From: Acidobacteriota bacterium
Lineage (GTDB): Bacteria; Acidobacteriota; Terriglobia; UBA7540
Direction of reading: 5' to 3'
Assembly: GCA_003171295.1 (NCBI GenBank)
Contig: PMYF01000669.1
Coordinates: forward strand, 32,653-74,810
Length of the DNA stretch: 42,158 nt
This document shows, one piece after another, positions 36,084-42,158 of this stretch. Numbering within the stretch: position 1 is the stretch's first letter; the number at the start of each line of letters is the position of its first letter. The notes below the pieces were generated by a model that saw only the letters and a program-made list of their open reading frames with translations, was not told where the DNA came from and made no database searches. The position numbers and the translations under genes were made by a program.

Positions 36084-36451
36084 TTGGACTCCTTATGGTT
36101 AGCGTGCTTTAATTTTTCGCCACTACCATCGTACATCGACGAGACGCCACAGGATACTGCCAACGCCAGGTTGGCGCGGGTCGCCCCTTTCCTGGAACCT
36201 GCGACCCTGCGGCGAGCGCCGGGACAGCGGAGGCAGCCTGCGCGCCCGTGCGACCCAGTAATAGTTCTCGAGTAGCGCCGGCATCTTGCCGGCTCCGGAA
36301 AATGCCGCCGCATCCTTTTGTGAAGTACCAAGGACAAGGATAGCAGCGGCTGGAATGATTTCGCGGAGCAAATGAGTGCTCACTTTCCGCGAGTAGCCGT
36401 CTTCATCCTATAAAGTCCTGATGAACAGTGGAACTACCACGGACAACTCCC

Positions 36452-36465
36452 TACCGATTTCGGAA
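36452..36465. promoter_or_regulatory. second copy of the candidate operator motif (TACCGATTTCGGAA)
   Basis: The reverse complement TTCCGAAATCGGTA matches 31099..31112 at 12 of 14 positions. It lies in the 616-bp divergent region between the enolase gene (start 36083) and the GH2 gene (start 36700). It overlaps a GGAAACTTTCC palindrome. Confidence 0.2.
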
Positions 36466-36699
36466 ACTTTCCAAGCAACGGCACGGCGGACCAGGGGATC
36501 AGCATGGATCAAAGCGAGAGCAACTTAACCCCATGTTAAGATGTCGCGTTACGGAGCTTGAAAACGCCGCTTGTAGTTGCGTTCATATTGCAGAGTCGAT
36601 CGCGAGAGCTGACGCGGCTACGGTTAAGACCATACTGTGTCCCTGAGCGGTACAATGCCCGTACCGGACTTAAAATTCAATTCCGCCTATGGTCAAATC

Positions 36700-39600
36700 A
36701 TGAGACTTCCCAGACTCGCGATGAATCAAAAGATCCCCGCCTTTGTTCTGGTTTTGTTTCTGTATACAGGACTGCCAAGTCGTGGCGTGGAGCCTGCGAA
36801 CCTGGCGCTTGCCGCCCAGGCAGCGGCCTCATCTCATGCCGAAGGAGCAGGAGCGGAGAACATCAATGATAGTGACGTGGGTACTTCCTGGACGCCGGCA
36901 GGTGTCGGCACGAAAAGCGGCTGGGTGGAATTGCGCTGGTCCCAGGCCGTCACTTTCACCGAGGTGCTGATCCGGCAATCCTTCCGGCAAGAATTAAGCC
37001 AAGTCGCGCTTCAGACAGAACACCACGGTGAATGGGAAACCTTGAAAACCATCGGTGATGGAACCAATCCTCTTCCCAAACTCATTCTGGTCACCGTTCC
37101 GCGCGAGGCAACGAGTGGCTTGCGCCTCACCGGATTCAAAGGCAACCCGAGTTTTTACGAGGTGGAGGTTTTTGAAGGCCCCAACCCTCCGGTGATCGAG
37201 ATGGCAAGCGACGCAAGAGGACATATCATCGGGATGGTCACGGACGCCTGGGGGAGTGCTCCGATGCCACTAACCCTGGTGGCCCTGACCGGGACGGCCG
37301 GCGGGCGGCCCTGGCGGACCGTCGCGACAACGGATCAACATGGCATGTTCAGCGTGCTTGCCCTCACGGGACTCGCCGGAACAGTCCGGGCTGTCGCGCG
37401 CCTGAGCGGCAAGGAAATAGAGAAAGGTGTTGAGGCGGGCGACCTGCTGCTGGCCTTGACTCCGGAGGATATCTCGGCACCCAACCTGGACCTTACGGGG
37501 AGCTGGAAGTTTGCGACCGATCCCCCCGCAGATTTCTACAGACCGGAATTTGACGATTCGGAGTGGAAACCCATCAATGTTCCCTCCCACTGGGTGATGC
37601 AGGGCTTCAAATCGGAGGAGGGTGTGGGGGGCTACCGGCGCGAGATGCTGATCCCGCGCGAGTGGTCAGGAAAGCGCATCAAAATTCGGTTTGACGGCGT
37701 TTACAGTGGAGCGGAGGTTTGGCTGAATGGCCAACGACTCGGTTCACACGAGGGCGGGTTCACACCGTTTGAGCTCGACTCGACCGGAGCCGCCCACGCC
37801 GGCGCTAATGTGATTGCCGTGAAAGTCTGGGAACATACGCGGTCACGGGACCTTGACAGCATGAGCTTGTATGCGGACTTCTGGCTCACCGGCATTATGC
37901 GCAAGGTCTATGCCTTCGCGGTTCCTCCGGCTCACATCGAGGAACTGCATTTCGCTACGCAGTTCGACCCTCACTACCAAAACGCAACCTTGAAGATCAA
38001 TTTGAAGATTGTCAACGAAACCAGCCGCCCGCTTCGTTCCGGTGAAGTCCGCTGGAGCTTGAAGGCGCCGAACAACGAGTTGGCCGGCGTGGCTTTCCCA
38101 CCCGTGCAATTCGGTCTCCCGCCCTGGGGACAAATGGAAAAGACACTGGAATTCCTGGTCCCTCGTCCGGTGCACTGGGAGGCTGAGCATCCAGAACTCT
38201 ATCGCCTGACGGCCGGCGTTTACGACGCAGGTACGCCGACCGAGAGTGTCAGTCGTCGTATCGGCTTTCGGCAGGTCGAAGTTCGAGGCACACAAATTCT
38301 GATCAACGGCGTACCGGTCAAATTGCGCGGGACATGCCATCACGATTCTGACCCGGTTAGGGGACGCGCGGTGACGCCGGAGGAGACCCGGCGTGATCTT
38401 GAGCTGATCAAGGAAGCCAATCTTGATGCCCTGCGAACCTCGCATTTCCCCGCGATCGAGGATCTCTATGACGGCGCCGATGAACTCGGAATCTACGTCG
38501 AAGCGGAAGCGCCTTTTTGTTGGGTGAACCGGCCATACGACTTGCGCCTGGCTCCGCTGGTGATCCAGCGAACGGCGGAACTCCTCCAGCGCGACCGGAG
38601 CCACCCTTCGGTCATCATCTGGTCGCTGGTCAATGAGAGCTCGTGGGGACCGATATTCGAACGCTCCTACGAATACGTCAAGCAAAGCGACCCCACACGG
38701 CCTCTGAGCGCGGCCACAACCAAGGATCTGGATATCGCTACCTTGCACAATCCCCTCTCGATCGCCCGCATTCGTGAAAACGAAAAGCTACAGACACCGC
38801 TGATTTTCGACGAGAGTCTCTGCATTTTTCAGGGCATCTGGGGTGACTATGGGGAGGTGTGGCGCGACCCCGGATACCGGGATTACTGGGTTCTTCCCTT
38901 GATCCCGATCTGGGAAGAAATGCTCAAGAGCGGAACCACCCAGGGGAGCATGATCTGGGCATGGTCCGACGACATCTTTCAGGTGCCGGGACGTGCTTCC
39001 GAGCATGGGAGGGGCCTGACGAAGATGCACGACGTCGACTACCTCTACGGCGCGCCGGGGAAGGGTGTCGTGGGCGACGCTCCCTGGGGAGTGGTAGACG
39101 GGTGGCGACGCAAGAAGCCGGAGTTCTGGCACACCAAGAAGTTACACTCTCCGATGCGGGTAACGACGTTGTCTTTGCCAACTCCTGCTCCGGGAGAGCT
39201 TCCTCGTATTTCTGTCCACAATCGGTACGAATTTACCAACCTCTCCGAATTGGTCTTGGCGTGGAAACTCGGACCCGAGCAGGGCGAACTCCATCCGAAC
39301 CTGGCTCCTCAACAAACTGCCTGGATAGAAATCCCACTTCGGCAGGCGGTCGCACCTGGCAGCAGGCTCCACATACATTTTTTGGATGGAATCGGCCGCC
39401 TTGTAGACGAGGAGAGCATCCAGTTCGGAGAAGCGCCTAAGACTTCCCCGCCCGCTCCGGACCCAGGCAAATTGCGGATTCGCCGTGAACATATGCTGGC
39501 GGGAGATTTCCTGAGCGTGGTTGGCAAGTCTTTTGAAATTGCTTTTGACAACGAAGAGGGAGGAATCAAGCGTTTGCTTGCCGATGGCCAGGACCTCCTC

Positions 39601-40212
39601 TTCGAAACTCCCAACTTGCACATTCAGCCCATCGAATCCGGCTCCCCTGATCTTCCCCATCCGTGGTCATGGAAATTGACCCGACCCCTGGCCGTGACGC
39701 GAGACGGGAGCGAAGTTGTCGTCACTGCCTCCGGAAAGTACCTTGATGGTGAAGGCGCGACGGTCTACCGCATAACCCCAACAGGCGAATTGAATGTTCA
39801 CTACGACTTCACTTATCTGGGGCCGGACGTTACGGTGCGGGAAATCGGCATGCGAATCGGCGTGCCGCCCTGGTGTGACAACCTGCAATGGAGTAGGCGC
39901 GGCGAGTGGTCTACTTACCCCGGCGACCACATCGGCAGGAACGAGGGCAGGGCCAGGGCTCATTCCGGAATCGAGCGGACGGTACCCCCCACCCATGCAT
40001 TCTCTCAGGATGATACGCCGATGGGGACAAATGACTTCCGCAGCACGAAGCGCAACCTGCAAAGTGCGTCCATCACGTCTGAGGGAGGGTACGGGCTCGC
40101 CATAGTTTCCAATGGAGAGCAGCACTTGCGAGCGTCTGCAGAGACCGACCGCATCGCCCTGTTCATAAATGACTGGTTCGGAGGCACCGGCGCGATTGCG
40201 TGGGGCGAATGA
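36700..40212 (+). CDS. secreted multidomain GH2-family glycosidase (beta-galactosidase/beta-glucuronidase type) with N-terminal F5/8 type C and CarboxypepD_reg-like modules
   Basis: Signal MRLPRLAMNQKIPAFVLVLFLYTGLPS. Discoidin-like segment (NINDSDVGTSWTP...WVELRW...YEVEVFE). GH2 sugar-binding block (DDSEWKPINVPSHWVMQGF...IRFDGVYSGAEVWLNGQRLGSHEGGFTPFELD). Acid/base block IIWSLVNES. Candidate nucleophile in PLIFDESLC. Bgal_small_N-like C-terminal domain. Confidence 0.85.
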   Translation: MRLPRLAMNQKIPAFVLVLFLYTGLPSRGVEPANLALAAQAAASSHAEGAGAENINDSDVGTSWTPAGVGTKSGWVELRWSQAVTFTEVLIRQSFRQELSQVALQTEHHGEWETLKTIGDGTNPLPKLILVTVPREATSGLRLTGFKGNPSFYEVEVFEGPNPPVIEMASDARGHIIGMVTDAWGSAPMPLTLVALTGTAGGRPWRTVATTDQHGMFSVLALTGLAGTVRAVARLSGKEIEKGVEAGDLLLALTPEDISAPNLDLTGSWKFATDPPADFYRPEFDDSEWKPINVPSHWVMQGFKSEEGVGGYRREMLIPREWSGKRIKIRFDGVYSGAEVWLNGQRLGSHEGGFTPFELDSTGAAHAGANVIAVKVWEHTRSRDLDSMSLYADFWLTGIMRKVYAFAVPPAHIEELHFATQFDPHYQNATLKINLKIVNETSRPLRSGEVRWSLKAPNNELAGVAFPPVQFGLPPWGQMEKTLEFLVPRPVHWEAEHPELYRLTAGVYDAGTPTESVSRRIGFRQVEVRGTQILINGVPVKLRGTCHHDSDPVRGRAVTPEETRRDLELIKEANLDALRTSHFPAIEDLYDGADELGIYVEAEAPFCWVNRPYDLRLAPLVIQRTAELLQRDRSHPSVIIWSLVNESSWGPIFERSYEYVKQSDPTRPLSAATTKDLDIATLHNPLSIARIRENEKLQTPLIFDESLCIFQGIWGDYGEVWRDPGYRDYWVLPLIPIWEEMLKSGTTQGSMIWAWSDDIFQVPGRASEHGRGLTKMHDVDYLYGAPGKGVVGDAPWGVVDGWRRKKPEFWHTKKLHSPMRVTTLSLPTPAPGELPRISVHNRYEFTNLSELVLAWKLGPEQGELHPNLAPQQTAWIEIPLRQAVAPGSRLHIHFLDGIGRLVDEESIQFGEAPKTSPPAPDPGKLRIRREHMLAGDFLSVVGKSFEIAFDNEEGGIKRLLADGQDLLFETPNLHIQPIESGSPDLPHPWSWKLTRPLAVTRDGSEVVVTASGKYLDGEGATVYRITPTGELNVHYDFTYLGPDVTVREIGMRIGVPPWCDNLQWSRRGEWSTYPGDHIGRNEGRARAHSGIERTVPPTHAFSQDDTPMGTNDFRSTKRNLQSASITSEGGYGLAIVSNGEQHLRASAETDRIALFINDWFGGTGAIAWGE

Positions 40213-40410
40213 TCTTTGAATTACGGGAAGGGACACCTGCTCAGAACCCATGACCAGGTGCAGGGGAACCTGCAATTTCGAATCTTATCAGGAAAGTGAC
40301 AGCCCTCTGACAAAGGCTGTGGCACTACAGGATCGGCTCAGCGTTTCCGCGGCGTCACACCGTTTTCGGCCGCAACAACCTGCGGAATCGCCGGCAGACG
40401 GCGGGAGAGG

Positions 40411-41538
40411 TCAGAGCCATCCGCACAACTGGCCCAATAGCCTGCTGTAGTCTACGTAGTTTGGCCAGGAAATATCGGAGGGGACACCGTGGTCACAACT
40501 GGGAATAAACCCTCCACCGTCCTCGAGCAGCGGCGGAACCACCCGTAAGACTTCTGCCTCCATCACCTTACCGCCGGCCGCGATGGCACGCTTATCGATT
40601 CCCCCACAAAAAGCCATCTGTCTTCCGAAACGTTTGCGAAGCGCCACGATATCGTTGCCGGCGGCGACTTCCATGGGTTCACACGCGTTGATGCCAACCT
40701 CGATCCACATGGGTATTAAATCCTCGATATAACCATCAGAATCAACATCGATAAGGGCACAACCCGCATCCCTGATTTCCGAAACCCATCGGTGATAGGT
40801 GGGCATGAGGAATCTACGCACCATGGCCGGAGAAATCATACTGTGGGCCTTATAGGCCATGTCTTCGGAAATCCGGACACGATCAATCTTCACGCGCCCG
40901 CGTATCCGCGTAATCACCTGCGAGACAAAGTCCGTCCAGAAGTCAATCATCTCCCGTACAAAGTCAGGATCGTCGGCAAAAAGCATGCAGAGATTTTCGA
41001 ATCCGCACCACTCACGCAATTGCCAAAAGGGACCGCTGAGCTCCATGGATAAGATGAACTCCCTGGCTTCCGCCGCCCGGCAGGCATCAGTGAACGCCCG
41101 CGGAAAACGTCCGGGAGTGTCCACTTGATACCGCTTCTTCATGCGCTCCCAGTCCTCTCGAGTTTCGACCGGGAACTTGTGCCACTTCCTGGTTACGAAG
41201 TCTTTAGGTGATCTGATGTAGGTATAATCATACTCGTCTGAAATTTCCGTGATGGCGCCCATCCAGTCCTGCACGATATAGTGCCCATCTTTGTGCTCCA
41301 GCACTTTCTCCTCAAAAGTGGGGATCATCGTGAAGGAGACATCAAGCGGCCGGATCTCACAAGTCATCGGGGGCAGGCCGAGTTCGGCGAGAAGCGCTTC
41401 GAAATAGTGCTTGCCTTGGGATAACCCCTGAGTGTGCCAGGCGTCGAGCGTGGATTCGCGAGGCTCCCCCGGCATGAGGGGAACGGGGTAGAACTTCTTA
41501 AATAGCAATGTGCTCAGGTACGATTCTCGGAAGGTCAT
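40411..41538 (-). CDS. uroporphyrinogen-decarboxylase-like (URO-D/MtaA-fold) family protein of unknown substrate
   Basis: ATG at 41538 with GAGGTG 4 nt upstream. The overall pattern recalls URO-D-like proteins found in carbohydrate loci (RISEDMAYKAHSMISPAMVRRFLMPTY...IDVDSDGYIEDLIPMWIEVGINACEPMEVAAGNDIVALRKRFG..MAFCGGIDKR). Confidence 0.65.
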   Translation of the reverse strand: MTFRESYLSTLLFKKFYPVPLMPGEPRESTLDAWHTQGLSQGKHYFEALLAELGLPPMTCEIRPLDVSFTMIPTFEEKVLEHKDGHYIVQDWMGAITEISDEYDYTYIRSPKDFVTRKWHKFPVETREDWERMKKRYQVDTPGRFPRAFTDACRAAEAREFILSMELSGPFWQLREWCGFENLCMLFADDPDFVREMIDFWTDFVSQVITRIRGRVKIDRVRISEDMAYKAHSMISPAMVRRFLMPTYHRWVSEIRDAGCALIDVDSDGYIEDLIPMWIEVGINACEPMEVAAGNDIVALRKRFGRQMAFCGGIDKRAIAAGGKVMEAEVLRVVPPLLEDGGGFIPSCDHGVPSDISWPNYVDYSRLLGQLCGWL

Positions 41539-42158
41539 GATCACCTCGGGCTATCCTCCCTCGTGATTATAGGTGCTTGGCGAGCCGGCGCCCAGGTGTC
41601 GAACCGGATGGGCCGCGCTGCCGAGAGAAGGGTTTTCGGCATCAATTGAGAATGGCTGTTTGTTTTCCGCACCCGCTCCATGTGCACGCCATCATGTTCA
41701 GCAAGCATGGCGAGGTAAGGTTCTGCCCCCCGCATAAAGCCAAATAACCACTCACGTTCCCTCTCAGACACATCGAGTTCCCTGGCCAGCGAGAAGATGC
41801 ACCGCGTCGCTCCGGCCGCCAGGCAGGGCCCTGACCAACGACTTTGAACTGGCCGGGTTCAGCCCCCACTGCCTTGGCGACCCAATGCCAGGCTGCAATA
41901 CCAAGGTCACAACCCATCGATGTACACGCAAATGCAACGTCATGAACCTAATCAGACCCCCAAATGTTCCGCTGGGGGACGCCTGGCCGAATGGTGTACC
42001 CCAAAGCGCGCCAAAATGCAACCCTTTCACAGTTGCGACGCTAAATTATCAAAGAATAGAGAGAAATTTCAAGAATGATGCTGTCCTCTGGCAATTTTGT
42101 CCCCACTGGCTTATTCTGGGCCCTCGAATTCCGGGGCGCTGGGGGGGAACTGTAACGC

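Noticed and set aside
36123-36383. An 86-aa GTG-start ORF upstream of the second enolase gene (VSTHLLREIIPAAAILVLGTSQKDAAAF...)
   Set aside because: The first third looks protein-like but the rest is Arg/Pro-rich. It has no RBS or recognisable family, and may at most be a gene fragment.
37843-38748. Long antisense or off-frame ORFs inside large genes (also 7124..7708, 7561..8271, 10165..10962, 20227..20919, 25572..26327, 4832..5542)
   Set aside because: These are typical shadow ORFs of GC-rich coding DNA. They are Arg/Pro/Gly-rich, have no recognisable motifs, and are fully contained in genes with strong family signatures.
41541-41771. A 76-aa GTG-start ORF whose TGA overlaps the alternative GTG start of the URO-D-like gene
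   Set aside because: It has no recognisable domain and no RBS. Neighbouring frames also carry similar-length ORFs. I could not assemble the region 41545-42158 into a gene, even allowing for frameshifts.
1-42158. CRISPR arrays, rRNA genes, defence or toxin-antitoxin genes, prophage genes
   Set aside because: I saw no regularly spaced direct repeats and no conserved rRNA segments. No ORF has a nuclease, toxin or phage structural signature. The only mobile-element signal is the IS630 remnant.

Overview
A 42.2-kb, GC-rich bacterial chromosomal segment. I cannot support any rRNA, tRNA or CRISPR in it. Almost all of it encodes exported carbohydrate-active and sugar-acid catabolic proteins. The gene style suggests Acidobacteriota or a similar soil lineage (inference): a CarboxypepD_reg-type TonB-dependent receptor without SusD, Tat/Sec-exported glycosidase-like proteins, a Tat-exported Gfo/Idh/MocA oxidoreductase, and GGGAGG-type ribosome-binding sites (RBS). 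Layout: the plus block 1461-8682 holds a TPR protein, a GH42/GHL-like protein, a Gfo/Idh/MocA gene interrupted by a stop codon, and a GH95-like protein. The long minus block 30482-9025 runs cyclase, esterase, large GH-like, cupin, large GH-like, enolase-superfamily, an IS630 remnant, TonB receptor, esterase, large GH-like. The plus block 31361-34739 holds LacI, an ExuT-like MFS transporter and an SDR. After that come a second enolase-superfamily gene (minus), a multidomain GH2 (plus) and a URO-D-like gene (minus). The most interesting point is a two-gene unit: a two-lobed alpha/beta-hydrolase followed by a ~970-aa glycosidase-like protein I cannot assign to a family, with GH67/GH115-like domain order. 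This unit occurs as an old direct duplication. A third esterase copy is cut by the left edge and is absent from the supplied ORF track, and a third, divergent GH-like member is also present. Together with the uronate-type transporter and the dehydratase, SDR, cupin and cyclase genes, this looks like an undescribed acidic-glycan utilisation locus. Other notable items are an in-frame TAA splitting the oxidoreductase, a decayed IS630 element with inverted repeats, a 137-bp nested palindrome between convergent genes, and a shared operator-like motif. All functional names come from motif recognition by eye. No database search was run.
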